Source: an uncultured Myxococcales bacterium (GTDB lineage Bacteria > Myxococcota_A > UBA9042). From it: a stretch of DNA of 64,000 nucleotides. Both the position numbers and the translations under genes were made by a program. The notes beneath the pieces are model-generated. The model saw nothing but the letters and a program-made list of their open reading frames with translations, had not been told where the DNA came from and did no database searches. The stretch is from contig CAIYBN010000145.1 of NCBI GenBank assembly GCA_903924465.1, forward strand, positions 17,364-81,363, given 5' to 3'. Below, in pieces: positions 19,696 to 29,341 of this stretch. Numbering within the stretch: position 1 is the stretch's first letter; each line of letters begins with the position of its first letter.

Positions 19696-20304
19696 CTACT
19701 GCCCGGCGATCTTCTCCACCTGCATGAAGCCCAGCTCCACCGGCGTGGCGCGACCGAAGATCGATACCAGCACTTTGAGCTTCTGCTTGTCGGCGCTGAC
19801 TTCCGCCACGGTTCCGGCGAAATTGGCAAACGGGCCATCGATGACGCGCACTTCCGTGCCCTCGTCAAAGCTGACCACCGGCTTGGCCGCGACTTCGCTC
19901 GTCTCCAACTGACCGAGGATGCGCTGGATCTCCAGATCCGGCACCGGGCTCGGGCGCTTGGCCTTGTCTTTTTCCGTGCCCAAGAAGCCGATGATCTTCT
20001 GGGTGTTCTTGACCAGGTGCCAGCTCTCGTCGGTGAGAATCATCTGCACCAGCAGGTAGCCCGGGAAGAACTTGCGCTTGGACTCGCGACGCACGCCCGC
20101 GCGCACCTCCGCGACCTTCTCGGTCGGCACCAGCACTTCGCCAAAATACTGTTCCAGGCCTTCCTGCTTGATCCGCTCGACCAGGCTGGCACGGGCCACG
20201 TTTTCCGAGCCGGTGTACGTGTTGACGATGAACCAGCGCTTGCGCGGCACACGGCCCACGGTCGCGGGGGCTTCAGTCGTCATCTCTTGGAGCTGCTCAG
20301 TCAT
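19696..20304 (-). CDS. nusG: Transcription termination/antitermination factor NusG
   Basis: [15 protein letters not shown]... NGN domain and C-terminal KOW ([18 protein letters not shown]). Start set at MTEQ (AGGGA 7 nt upstream). The track's upstream ATG at 20322 has no spacing for an RBS. Confidence 0.93.
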   Translation of the reverse strand: MTEQLQEMTTEAPATVGRVPRKRWFIVNTYTGSENVARASLVERIKQEGLEQYFGEVLVPTEKVAEVRAGVRRESKRKFFPGYLLVQMILTDESWHLVKNTQKIIGFLGTEKDKAKRPSPVPDLEIQRILGQLETSEVAAKPVVSFDEGTEVRVIDGPFANFAGTVAEVSADKQKLKVLVSIFGRATPVELGFMQVEKIAGQ

Positions 20305-20399
20305 GTTGATTCCCTGCCTCATTCCCTGTCAGGTTCGCCTGTCGCGTCCGAATCCGTCGCCGCGACCGCTTCCAGTCGTCCCGCCACGCATCCGCGTCA

Positions 20400-20783
20400 C
20401 TAAATGCGGTAGATGAACCGCGTGACCACGCTGATCAACGAATCAAACACCCACAGGCACAGCGACACGAGCACCGTCGTCACCATCACCACCGTCGTCA
20501 GCAGACGCGTTTCGGCGATCGACGGCCACGTCACTTTGCGCAATTCTCCAGCCACTTCGTGGGCGAACTGGAACAGCTTCTCGTTGCGCCACAGCGCGAT
20601 ACCACCGATGATCCCAGCCGACACGCCGAGCAAATTCGACAGGCGGAACTCGCGGCCAATGATGCCGGCGTCCCATTCCGGACGAACCAGATCGAACACG
20701 CCTGCGAACAGGTGCGCGCTCAGGAACCACACGAGCAACGCCGCGGCAACGAACGCCAGATTGACCATGCGCTCTTGGCTCAT
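20400..20783 (-). CDS. secE: Preprotein translocase subunit SecE
   Basis: 127 aa. Hydrophobic segments, conserved C-terminal TM with KVTWPS motif. Canonical position between tRNA-Trp and nusG. Confidence 0.9.
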   Translation of the reverse strand: MSQERMVNLAFVAAALLVWFLSAHLFAGVFDLVRPEWDAGIIGREFRLSNLLGVSAGIIGGIALWRNEKLFQFAHEVAGELRKVTWPSIAETRLLTTVVMVTTVLVSLCLWVFDSLISVVTRFIYRI

Positions 20784-20851
20784 CTCGCTTTCTCCTTCCG
20801 ATTCAACTTCTCACGCGCCAATCGGTAGCAGACCGGTGGTTGTGAGCGGGG

Positions 20852-20925
20852 CAGGCCAGGCGGGATTCGAACCCACAACCCGCAGATTTGGAGTCTGCCG
20901 CTCTACCGTTAGAGCTACTGGCCTC
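20852..20925 (-). tRNA. tRNA-Trp (anticodon CCA)
   Basis: Reverse complement AGGCCAGTAGCTCTAACGGTAGAGCGGCAGACTCCAAATCTGCGGGTTGTGGGTTCGAATCCCGCCTGGCCTG folds as a cloverleaf with anticodon loop CUCCAAA. Canonical location between rpmG and secE. Confidence 0.85.
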
Positions 20926-21095
20926 TCGATCCGTCGATACGGACCCATCTGCGGCGTTGTCGCTGCGGAAGGCCGGCTTGACGTACCCAAGTACGCCTGC
21001 GCCGTCCTTCCTTGCTCCGCCTTGCATCTGGGCCCGTCTCGACGGCCGAGACGAAGACAGGGAGCAGAGGGCAGGAACAGGCGACAAAGCCCGAT

Positions 21096-21275
21096 TTACT
21101 TGGTCTCCTTGTGTTCCGTGTGCTTCCGCTCATAGCGGCAGTACTTCTTGAGCGTCAAGCGACCGGGCGTGGTCTTCTTGTTCTTCGTGGTCGTGTAACG
21201 CGAAACGCCCGGGATGCCGGCGGTGCGGCAGGTCTGGCACTCCAGATGGATGATGCTGCGGTTGCTGGCGGCCAT
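21096..21275 (-). CDS. rpmG: 50S ribosomal protein L33
   Basis: [59 protein letters not shown] with CxxC...C zinc ribbon. ATG at 21275 with GGAG RBS. The track's extra M is a GTG. Confidence 0.9.
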   Translation of the reverse strand: MAASNRSIIHLECQTCRTAGIPGVSRYTTTKNKKTTPGRLTLKKYCRYERKHTEHKETK

Positions 21276-21364
21276 CACGGACTCCTTCTAGCAAATATCC
21301 CGAGCGCGAACGCTGGGACTCGAACGGTGAGGCAAATGCGCCTCAAGATAACCCTGCAAGCAGG

Positions 21365-21422
21365 CGATCCGCCGGGGCCGCAACTCCTGTTGAGGGAGCT
21401 TTGGACAAGCCCGGCGGATCGC
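21365..21422 (-). terminator. Perfect 13-bp inverted repeat stem-loop downstream of tuf (candidate terminator/attenuator or processing signal)
   Basis: GCGATCCGCCGGG ...(32 nt, itself containing a CTCC/GGAG stem)... CCCGGCGGATCGC, between the tuf stop and rpmG start. Confidence 0.35.
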
Positions 21423-21446
21423 ACATTCGCTTGCGCGACGCGACAA

Positions 21447-22649
21447 TTACTTGTCGATCGACGCCACCAGACCCGCGCCGACGGTCTTGCCGCCTTCACG
21501 AATCGCGAACCGCATACCGGTTTCCATGGCGACCGGCACGATGAGCTTGACGATCAGGTCCACGCGGTCGCCCGGCTTGACCATCTCGACGCCCGGCTGC
21601 AGATCGATATCGCCGGTGATGTCCGCCGTACCGAAGTAGAACTGCGGACGGTAGCCCTTGAAGAACGGCTTGGAACGGCCGCCTTCGTCTTTGCTCAGCA
21701 CGTAGACCGAAGCCACGAACTGCGTGTGCGGGGTCACAGAACCCGGCTTGCACAGCGTCTGGCCACGCTCCACGTCGTCACGTTTCAGACCACGGAGCAG
21801 CGCGCCGAGGTTGTCGCCCGCTTGGCCCTGATCCACGGTCTTGTGGAACATTTCAATGCCGGTGATCGTCGTCTTCTGCGTCGGGCGAATGCCCACCACT
21901 TCGACTTCGTCGCCAACCTTGACCGTGCCGCGATCCACGCGACCGGTGACCACGGTGCCACGGCCCGAGATCGTCATCGTGTCTTCGACGGCCATCATGA
22001 ACGGCTTGTCGAGTTCGCGAATCGGATCCGGGATGAAGTTGTCCAGGGCGTCCATCAGCTTGTCGATCGACGGTGTGCCAAATTCCGTGGTCTCACCCTG
22101 CAGAGCCTGCAGCGCGGAACCGCGGATGATCGGCGCGTTGTCGCCGTCGAACTCGTACTTGGCCAGCAGCTCGCGCAGCTCCATGTCGACGAGGTCAACG
22201 AGCTCGCCCGCGGGGTCATCCGCATAGGCGATGTCGCACTTGTTCAGGTACACCACGATCGAGGGCACGCCCACCTGACGAGCGAGCAGCACGTGCTCCT
22301 TCGTCTGTGGCATCGGGCCGTCCGTCGCCGCGCAAACGACGATCGCGCCGTCCATCTGCGCCGCGCCAGTGATCATGTTCTTGATGTAGTCGGCGTGACC
22401 CGGACAGTCCACGTGCGCATAGTGGCGCTTCGCGGTCTCGTATTCCACGTGAGCGGTCGAGATCGTGATGCCACGCGCCTTTTCTTCGGGGGTCTTGTCG
22501 ATCTCATCGAACGACTTGGCCTTGCCGAAGCCTTTGGCTGCTTGGTGTTTGGTAATGGCTGCCGTCAACGTGGTCTTGCCGTGGTCGACGTGGCCGATGG
22601 TTCCCACGTTCACGTGGGGCTTGTTGCGCTCAAACTTGGCCTTGGCCAT
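21447..22649 (-). CDS. tuf: Elongation factor Tu
   Basis: [32 protein letters not shown]..., full EF-Tu. GGGAGG RBS upstream of ATG 22649. The track's ORF adds 8 N-terminal aa. Confidence 0.97.
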   Translation of the reverse strand: MAKAKFERNKPHVNVGTIGHVDHGKTTLTAAITKHQAAKGFGKAKSFDEIDKTPEEKARGITISTAHVEYETAKRHYAHVDCPGHADYIKNMITGAAQMDGAIVVCAATDGPMPQTKEHVLLARQVGVPSIVVYLNKCDIAYADDPAGELVDLVDMELRELLAKYEFDGDNAPIIRGSALQALQGETTEFGTPSIDKLMDALDNFIPDPIRELDKPFMMAVEDTMTISGRGTVVTGRVDRGTVKVGDEVEVVGIRPTQKTTITGIEMFHKTVDQGQAGDNLGALLRGLKRDDVERGQTLCKPGSVTPHTQFVASVYVLSKDEGGRSKPFFKGYRPQFYFGTADITGDIDLQPGVEMVKPGDRVDLIVKLIVPVAMETGMRFAIREGGKTVGAGLVASIDK

Positions 22650-22969
22650 TGTCAGGGTCCTCCCGCCACACATGCGGCGTCTGGTTCATCAAACAGGCAC
22701 CCGCCTGTTGGTTGCCTTTCGGCGTGCTGCCTCACGACCCGAAAGTCGTGTGGCGTCTTTGCCTTCGGGCGCATGCCGTCTGGCGGTTTGTGCCCGTTGC
22801 CAGGCACGTGGGTTCGCGACACGTGGCTGTCGTGAAGGCGAGCCTTCGTCGAGCGGTGTCACATGGATTTGTCTCGACGCGTCTCTCTCCCGGTCTTCTG
22901 CGCTGTCTCGGTCCGCGGCGTTTCCGCCCAAACCTCTCCAGACCAGACTTCCCGAGTCAGCGCGGCGCC

Positions 22970-23045
<76 letters not shown>

Positions 23046-23100
23046 GCTTTCGCCGTTTCCCAAGCTGCGTAGGCCTGTCAGGCAGAGAACGGTCGGTCAG

Positions 23101-23173
23101 AGCGGGAAACGGGATTCGAACCCGCGACATTCAGCTTGGAAGGCTGACGCTCTACCAGCTGAGCTATTCCCGC
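23101..23173 (-). tRNA. tRNA-Gly (anticodon TCC)
   Basis: Reverse complement GCGGGAATAGCTCAGCTGGTAGAGCGTCAGCCTTCCAAGCTGAATGTCGCGGGTTCGAATCCCGTTTCCCGCT. Anticodon loop CUUCCAA. Confidence 0.85.
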
Positions 23174-23283
23174 GTGCGCCTCAAGTGGTGTCCAAGTCGA
23201 CGATGGCCGCGCGACGCCGCCCAGAGGCGCGTTGTCGCAGTACGCATGCGCCAGCGGGTTCGGTTTGTGCAGCGGATTCACGG

Positions 23284-23366
23284 TGGAAGCTGGTGGATTC
23301 GAACCACCGTAGGCGTTAGCCAGCAGATTTACAGTCTGCCCCCATTAGCCACTCGGGCAAGCTTCC
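23284..23366 (-). tRNA. tRNA-Tyr (anticodon GTA), long variable arm
   Basis: Reverse complement GGAAGCTTGCCCGAGTGGCTAATGGGGGCAGACTGTAAATCTGCTGGCTAACGCCTACGGTGGTTCGAATCCACCAGCTTCCA. Anticodon loop ACUGUAAA. Confidence 0.85.
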
Positions 23367-23428
23367 GTTTGGCTGATCTTCCGTCTGACCGATGTGACCC
23401 GCTGAGCCGCGTAACCTCGCAACCACAG

Positions 23429-23501
23429 AGCTGGCGAAGGGACTTGAACCCGCAACCTGCTGATTACAAATCAGCTGCTCTGCCAATTGAGCTACGCCAG
23501 C
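23429..23501 (-). tRNA. tRNA-Thr (anticodon TGT)
   Basis: Reverse complement GCTGGCGTAGCTCAATTGGCAGAGCAGCTGATTTGTAATCAGCAGGTTGCGGGTTCAAGTCCCTTCGCCAGCT. Anticodon loop UUUGUAA. Confidence 0.85.
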
Positions 23502-23684
23502 GGCAAGGGAAGCCTCCCATTTCCGATCCATTCCGAGAGCCCGCGCACTGACAAAACAGCGCCACGCGATCAGCGAAAAAAGCCGAAAACAGCAGGAATT
23601 GACTTCCAAGTCGCTGTTTCAACACCACTTTTTGCTACAACCAGAGGGGCGGACCGCGCGCAACGGACCCCTTTGGGGGCCGTC

Positions 23685-23713
23685 TGTATACCCGACACGG
23701 TGCTTTGTGTCAA
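23685..23713 (-). promoter_or_regulatory. Sigma70-like promoter TTGACA-N17-TATACA, candidate promoter of the tRNA-tuf operon
   Basis: On the minus strand: cTTGACAcaaagcaccgtgtcgggTATACAgacgg, about 180 bp upstream of the first tRNA. Followed by a GGCCCC-CAAA-GGGGTCC hairpin. Confidence 0.4.
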
Positions 23714-23743
23714 GGCTTTCGATCGGTTCCAGACGCGGAAACG

Positions 23744-24853
23744 TCACCTCGGAGCCGGCTGACTGCCGCGCACCATCGCCATCGTGAGCGTGGCAAAGGC
23801 CGAGACGTTGAGCGACGGCATCTGCTCCGGACCCGGCAGCGTGATCAACTGATCGCAGTTCTTGCGCACCAACGGCCGGATGCCGCTGCCCTCCGCACCG
23901 AGCACCAACGCGGTAGCCTTGGCCCATTTGTACGTGCGCAAATCGCCCGTTGCGCCGTCCAGCGCCGTACCGACCACTTCCACACCGCGATCGCGCAAGC
24001 TGCCCAGCGTGCGCGCCAGATTGACGACCTGGACGACGGGCACGGACGCCGCGCCGCCTTCCGCGATGCGCTCCACCAAGGGCGTCACTTCCGCCGATCG
24101 GTCTTGCGGGATGATCACGGCCGTGGCGCGGAAGAACGCGGCACTGCGCAGGATTGCCCCTAGATTGCGCGGATCGGTGATGCTGTCGAGGCACACAATC
24201 AGCGTGCCATCGGCCGGTCCTTCCAGCGGCATGATGCGCTCGATATCGGCGTACTCAAACGGCGTCACGCGGACCGCGACGCCCTGCGGATTGGCCAATT
24301 CGTGTTCAAAACCACGCGGCGGCTCCTTTTCGACGCGAACCTTGGCGGTTTGCGCCAGTTCCTCGAGGCGAGCCCGCACCCGCGCATCGCTCGCCCACAG
24401 GTACAAAGCCTGCACGCGCTTGGGCTGCCAACGCAGCAGCGCCTCGACGGCGTGCAGGCCGCTCACGACGTCAGGTGGCGGCGCCTGCCGTTCGTCGCGA
24501 CGCGGCCGGTCCTCGCGCCGTGGCAGCTGGCTGCGCGACGTCAGGGTCTGGCGATCCAGGTGCGGCCGTTCGCGCGATGGCGGCCGATCGCCGCGGGGCC
24601 GATCGTTGTATGGCCTGTCGCCCGAGGGTCGATCCTGACGCGGCCGATCCGGGTAAGGTCGGTCGCTCTGCGGGCGATCGCCCACCGGCTGTTCCTGACG
24701 TGGTGGCCGGTCCTCGGGACGACGGCGCACGGTGCCGGGATGTGCCTGATTGCTGGCCGGTCGCTGCGGCGGACGGGGCGGCGGACGCTCAAAGCGCGAC
24801 GGGCCGTCGTTGGGCGGGCGATCGTTGGGCGGCAGATCATCGCGTTGGGACAT
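23744..24853 (-). CDS. rlmB: SpoU/TrmH-family RNA 2'-O-methyltransferase (RlmB-like) with N-terminal Pro/Arg/Asp-rich repeat extension of about 110 aa
   Basis: C-terminal SpoU methylase motifs (LVLGAEGSGIRPLVRKNCDQLITLP) and substrate-binding domain. N-terminus consists of degenerate DRPxx repeats (DRPQSDRPYPDRPRQDRPSGDRPYNDRPRGDRPP). Confidence 0.8.
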   Translation of the reverse strand: MSQRDDLPPNDRPPNDGPSRFERPPPRPPQRPASNQAHPGTVRRRPEDRPPRQEQPVGDRPQSDRPYPDRPRQDRPSGDRPYNDRPRGDRPPSRERPHLDRQTLTSRSQLPRREDRPRRDERQAPPPDVVSGLHAVEALLRWQPKRVQALYLWASDARVRARLEELAQTAKVRVEKEPPRGFEHELANPQGVAVRVTPFEYADIERIMPLEGPADGTLIVCLDSITDPRNLGAILRSAAFFRATAVIIPQDRSAEVTPLVERIAEGGAASVPVVQVVNLARTLGSLRDRGVEVVGTALDGATGDLRTYKWAKATALVLGAEGSGIRPLVRKNCDQLITLPGPEQMPSLNVSAFATLTMAMVRGSQPAPR

Positions 24854-25550
24854 CGGATTCTCCAGAAGCAGCGATTTCTGCTAGTAATTTCTCGACAACA
24901 GCACGTGGATGGGCGGCCGAAAGGACCGGGCGGCCAACGACGAGTACCGTCGCACCCGCCGCCACAGCCTCACGGGCCGTCGCCGTGCGGGCCTGATCGT
25001 CGCCACCCGGTGTGGCGCGAATGCCCGGCACAACACGCACGAACGAAGGCGGGAATGCGCGGGTGAGGTGCAATTCCTGGGGTGACAGCACGGCGCCAGC
25101 CAGGCCGCAGTCGTGCGCCAAGTGCAGGCGCTTGGCTACGGTCGTCGGCACGTCGGCGTCGATGCCGGTCTGCGTCAGATCCGCGGCGTTCAGGCTCGTC
25201 AGCACCGACACCGCGACCACCCGCGTCCGGCCGCGGGCACTTTCTGCTGCCGCTTCCAGCATCGCGCGCCCACCCGCCGCGTGCACCGTCAACAGCGCCA
25301 CGTCCAGTTTCGCCGCCGCCGCCACCGCCAGGCCGACTTGATGGGGAATGTCGTGAAATTTCAGGTCGAGGAACACGTCAAAGCCGGCCATGCGCATGTG
25401 GTGCACAATCGATGGCCCGACCGCCGTGTACAGCGACAACCCGACCTTGGCCAGCACCGGCAGCCCATGCAGTTGGTCGAGAATGGGCTCCAGCGGCTCC
25501 ACGCTCAGCCCGTCGAAGGCAATCGCCAGCCGCGGCAAAGGTCGAATCAT
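24837..25550 (-). CDS. pyrF: Orotidine 5'-phosphate decarboxylase
   Basis: 237 aa with DLKFHDIP signature. 4-nt overlap with proS stop. 17-nt overlap with the rlmB-like start. Confidence 0.9.
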   Translation of the reverse strand: MIRPLPRLAIAFDGLSVEPLEPILDQLHGLPVLAKVGLSLYTAVGPSIVHHMRMAGFDVFLDLKFHDIPHQVGLAVAAAAKLDVALLTVHAAGGRAMLEAAAESARGRTRVVAVSVLTSLNAADLTQTGIDADVPTTVAKRLHLAHDCGLAGAVLSPQELHLTRAFPPSFVRVVPGIRATPGGDDQARTATAREAVAAGATVLVVGRPVLSAAHPRAVVEKLLAEIAASGESDVPTR

Positions 25551-27271
25551 GCCGCACCCAGCTCGATCGGTTTGCCGGTGCGGGCGAGTGCGATCGCTTT
25601 TTGCACGGTCGCCACCAGATTCGCGACCGGCAATTCCAACCGAACGCCGCTCTTGCGGATTTTGACTTCGACAATGCCCTCGGCTGCCTTGCGCCCGACG
25701 ATGATCTGCAGCGGGTAGCCGATCAGATCCGCGTCGTTGAATTTCACGCCCGGCCGCTCGTCGCGATCGTCCAACAGCACGTCGATGTCGGCGTTCTGCA
25801 ACTCGGTGTAAAGCTGTTCCGCCAGCTCCGACGGGTCGACCGCCAGCACCGCCACTTCAAACGGCGCAATCGACACGGGCCACTGGATGCCGCGCGCGTC
25901 GTTGTTCTGCTCAATCGCCGCCGAGAGAATCCGCGACACGCCGATGCCGTAGCAGCCCATCTCGAACGGCTTTTCCGTGCGGTCCTGATCGAGGAAGGTC
26001 GCGTTCATGGCTTTGGAATATTTCTGGCCCAGATAGAACACGTGGCCGACCTCAATGCCCTTGAACGCCCGCAGCTTGCCCGCGCATTTCGGGCACGGAT
26101 CGCCCGGCAGCGCCATGCGCAGGTCCGCGTAGGTGGCGTCCGCCAGATCACGTGCGGGCACGACGTCCACGGTGTGTTTCTGCTTCTCGTTGGCGCCGCA
26201 GACCGCTTTGGGCATCGCGCGGATTTCGGTGTCCAGCACGCATCGCAGCTTGCCGGTGCCGAGCGCGCCGATGTAGCCCGGCGGCAGACCCGTCGTCTTG
26301 GCAAACCACTCCGCTTCGGCCAGGAACAGCGTGCGGGCGCCCAGCGCCTGCTTGACCTTGACCTCGTTGACCTCGCGATCGCCGCGCACGAACGCCACCG
26401 CTGGCTGGTCATCCGCCATGTACAGCACGGCCTTGATTGTGTCCTGGGCGGTCACATTCAACAGCTTGCACAGCGATTCAATGGTCTTCGTTCCCGGCGT
26501 CTCGACCGCGTGAAAAGGCCCGACGCCCGCGTCAATCGGCGCGAAAGCGTTTTCCGGCAAGGGCGCTTTTTCCACGTTGGCAGCAAAATCACAGGTGTCG
26601 CACGAGACGATGTTGTCCTCGCCCGAGTCCGCCAATACTTGGAATTCATGGCTCATCGAGCCGCCGATGTTGCCGGTATCCGCTTCCACCGCGCGAAAAT
26701 CCAGGCCCAGCCGGGTGAAGATGCGCTGGTAGGCGTCGTACATCGCCTGGTAGCTCTTGTGCGCACCCTCGACGGTCGCGTCGAACGAATACGCGTCTTT
26801 CATGATGAATTCACGACCGCGCATCAGGCCCGCTCGCGGCCGCATCTCGTCGCGGAATTTCGTCTGGATTTGGTAGAAATTGACCGGAAGTTGCTTGTAG
26901 CTGCGCACGTCCTTGCGCGCCAAATCGACGACGACTTCTTCATGCGTCGGCCCGACGCAGAAATCCGCCTGCTTGCGGTCTTTGATCCGCAGCAGCTCCG
27001 GACCGTAGAAATCCCAACGCCCCGATTCCTGCCACAGTTCCGCGGGCACAATCGCCGGCATGAACACTTCCTGGGCGCCCGCGCGGTTCATTTCCTGCCG
27101 AACAATCGCCTTGACCTTCTCCAGCGCACGCACGCCCAGCGGCAGGAAACTGTAGACGCCCGCTGCCACACGACGGATGTAGCCGCCGCGCACAAGATAC
27201 TGATGGGAAATGACTTCTGCGTCCTTCGGCGCTTCGCGCAGAGTCGGCTGATGGAGTTGGCTGGCGCGCAT
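25547..27271 (-). CDS. proS: Proline--tRNA ligase
   Basis: 574 aa. Class II aaRS motifs, bacterial-type ProRS with editing domain (MRASQLHQPTLREAPKDAEVISHQYLVRGGYIRR...). Confidence 0.95.
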   Translation of the reverse strand: MRASQLHQPTLREAPKDAEVISHQYLVRGGYIRRVAAGVYSFLPLGVRALEKVKAIVRQEMNRAGAQEVFMPAIVPAELWQESGRWDFYGPELLRIKDRKQADFCVGPTHEEVVVDLARKDVRSYKQLPVNFYQIQTKFRDEMRPRAGLMRGREFIMKDAYSFDATVEGAHKSYQAMYDAYQRIFTRLGLDFRAVEADTGNIGGSMSHEFQVLADSGEDNIVSCDTCDFAANVEKAPLPENAFAPIDAGVGPFHAVETPGTKTIESLCKLLNVTAQDTIKAVLYMADDQPAVAFVRGDREVNEVKVKQALGARTLFLAEAEWFAKTTGLPPGYIGALGTGKLRCVLDTEIRAMPKAVCGANEKQKHTVDVVPARDLADATYADLRMALPGDPCPKCAGKLRAFKGIEVGHVFYLGQKYSKAMNATFLDQDRTEKPFEMGCYGIGVSRILSAAIEQNNDARGIQWPVSIAPFEVAVLAVDPSELAEQLYTELQNADIDVLLDDRDERPGVKFNDADLIGYPLQIIVGRKAAEGIVEVKIRKSGVRLELPVANLVATVQKAIALARTGKPIELGAA

Positions 27272-27359
27272 GAAAGGCCTCGTCGGCGGAGGGTGGCCGG
27301 GCGCGAAAGGCTAACGGTGCCGGGCGGTGCTGGCAAGCCTCCGGGGAAATCCGTTGGAA

Positions 27360-28211
27360 TTACGGGGCCAAACTCGCGACCGGGATGAGCCACTTGCCAT
27401 CGGCCGGGCCAAAGCCCACGGCCACACGGCCCAACGAGCCGACGTCAAACCACACCGTGCCTTGCAGCCGATAGGGAATCTCAAACTGCACCTGCTGTCC
27501 CACTTTGAGCTGTTGAATCGCCTGCTTGGCCACTTCCCGCAAGGTGGTCAGCAGGGCATCCGGGCCAAAGGAAAAGCGCGCGGTCAGTTGGATGTGGCCG
27601 TCGGAGACGACCTGCGGCATCACAAAGGATGGCTTTTGCCCAGCCAGCGCGTGAATGCCGCTCGAAATCAGGAAGTTGACCGCGGCGTTCTGGAAATCCT
27701 GCACCGAGTGGATGTCGTGACTCGAAGCCCGGCAGGAATTGGGCCCCGGATGGCCTGTGCAGCCGGGCTGATTTGCACCGCAGAAGACGACGCACGCGGC
27801 GCCCAACGCGGTGTTCGTGTGGGCTGGAAAGACGGTCGCCGCCGTGAGCATTTCCGCCACCGGAATCGGGAAGTGATTTGGGTTGTCGACGACGAAGCGC
27901 AAATCGAAGGCCACCGCCATTTGCTGCGGACTCGGCGGCGGACCAAAAGCCTGTCGGCACGCCAGCGCCGCCACACCTGGCACTCCAAACGGATCCGGCA
28001 CGACTTGCGGGCAGAAATACGCCGCCATCATCGGCCGCGACGGCGCTTGCACCAGCGTCGCGTCCTGGTACGTCACCTTGGGCAGCAGCGGCTTGACGCC
28101 CTGCGCGAGCTGACCGCCATTTTTCTCCAGCTGCGTCAGGAACTCGCACGCCGGCAGGGCGCAAAGCGCGAGGGCCACCAGCAGCGCTTCAACAAGTTTT
28201 CGCATGGTCAT
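27360..28211 (-). CDS. Hypothetical lipoprotein
   Basis: Real coding part of the 620-aa track ORF begins MTMRKLVEALLVALALCALPAC (lipobox), GGAG RBS. The upstream Arg-rich 340 aa of the track ORF are an out-of-gene frame artefact. Confidence 0.6.
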   Translation of the reverse strand: MTMRKLVEALLVALALCALPACEFLTQLEKNGGQLAQGVKPLLPKVTYQDATLVQAPSRPMMAAYFCPQVVPDPFGVPGVAALACRQAFGPPPSPQQMAVAFDLRFVVDNPNHFPIPVAEMLTAATVFPAHTNTALGAACVVFCGANQPGCTGHPGPNSCRASSHDIHSVQDFQNAAVNFLISSGIHALAGQKPSFVMPQVVSDGHIQLTARFSFGPDALLTTLREVAKQAIQQLKVGQQVQFEIPYRLQGTVWFDVGSLGRVAVGFGPADGKWLIPVASLAP

Positions 28212-28333
28212 GAAGAGCTCCGGCGCGGCTGTGCGCGGTTCCGCTGAGTAGCGGACCTGACCACACAACGCAAGCCGGGCCATTTGCTTCAGGAACGATC
28301 GGCGGAAAATGCCAAGAGGCGCGCGAACCTGGA

Positions 28334-29053
28334 CTACGGGACAGTCGGGGCGACGATCCGACCCGGCGCGCCTTGCAAGCCGTCCGGCGTGTGACAGGCG
28401 TTGCAGTCGCCGTTGGTCTGCGCCTTCATCATGCTGCGGGAATTGCCGGCGGCATCGAGAATCGTCGCCTTGTACGGCGGTGCGTAGCCGGTCAACGCCT
28501 TGCTGCTGAAGTGGAAATTGCCGGAAAGCGAAGACGTGGTCGTCTTGAAGACCTTGCCGTTGGCGTCCGTGATCTGCACGGTGTAAGTGGCGGGCGGCAC
28601 GAGGCTGCCGGCCTTGCCGCTGGCGTAGCAATCGGTTTGCGTGATCAGGTTGCGAAAGACCGTGCCGGCCAGCACATAGTTCGGACCTTCGCCTTGAGAG
28701 TGGCACTGGATGCAGGTATTGCCCGGCGCCATGTCGTTGCCGGAGCCGAAGCTGTACGTTTGGCCGGACGGGCACGGCATGTTGTCGATCGACGGACCGG
28801 TGTCCGTTGAGGTGTCGGGCGTCGTCGCGACGTCCGTGCCGGCAGTTGTGTCCGCAGCCACGGTCGTATCGTCGCCTGCCGACGCGTCGCTGCCCGTTGC
28901 GCTGTCGTCGCCGCTGATCGCGCCGTCGCCGTTGAGTGCGTCGCCGCCGGTGCCCTGGCCGCCGGAAGTAGCTGCCGTGGAGCCGCAGGCGCCCAAGGCA
29001 AGCAGGACGATGAAAACGGTTGCGGGGAAAAGCGAAAAGTGACGCAGGTTCAT
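28334..29053 (-). CDS. Putative di-heme c-type cytochrome lipoprotein
   Basis: Start at MNLRHFSLFPATVFIVLLALGAC (lipobox). D/T/G-rich linker. Two CxxCH motifs (CIQCH, CNACH). Confidence 0.65.
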   Translation of the reverse strand: MNLRHFSLFPATVFIVLLALGACGSTAATSGGQGTGGDALNGDGAISGDDSATGSDASAGDDTTVAADTTAGTDVATTPDTSTDTGPSIDNMPCPSGQTYSFGSGNDMAPGNTCIQCHSQGEGPNYVLAGTVFRNLITQTDCYASGKAGSLVPPATYTVQITDANGKVFKTTTSSLSGNFHFSSKALTGYAPPYKATILDAAGNSRSMMKAQTNGDCNACHTPDGLQGAPGRIVAPTVP

Positions 29054-29341
29054 GGGACTCCGGGTTCGGGTCGGGTTGGCAAGACCCGGTTGGGGGGATA
29101 GCCAGGAGCGAAGAGCGCCATGCCGGGACGAATCGCAGACACAGGAAAGCCACCGCAGGATCGTCGCGCAAAACGAAATGATCCCACGTTTTGTGAGGTT
29201 CCGCACCGCCAAAGGCAACCACGTCACCTCTCGCAAGCTAGCTACCACGCGGAGCGATCGCAAGCGCGGTTTTATATTTCTTCACAGTTGTACGAATTCG
29301 GCAAGCTGACAATGCAAGCGCCCTGTCCGGTGCAGGATGCC

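Noticed and set aside
21012-22835. 607-aa plus-strand ORF over rpmG/tuf
   Set aside because: Antisense to EF-Tu. Low-complexity Arg/Leu-rich translation.
25082-27388. 768-aa plus-strand ORF
   Set aside because: Antisense to proS and pyrF. No motifs.
28212-29222. N-terminal about 340 aa of the 620-aa minus-strand track ORF (27360..29222)
   Set aside because: The Arg/Gln-rich portion is an alternative frame running through the cytochrome lipoprotein gene. The real gene starts at the lipoprotein signal peptide (ATG 28211) with its own RBS.
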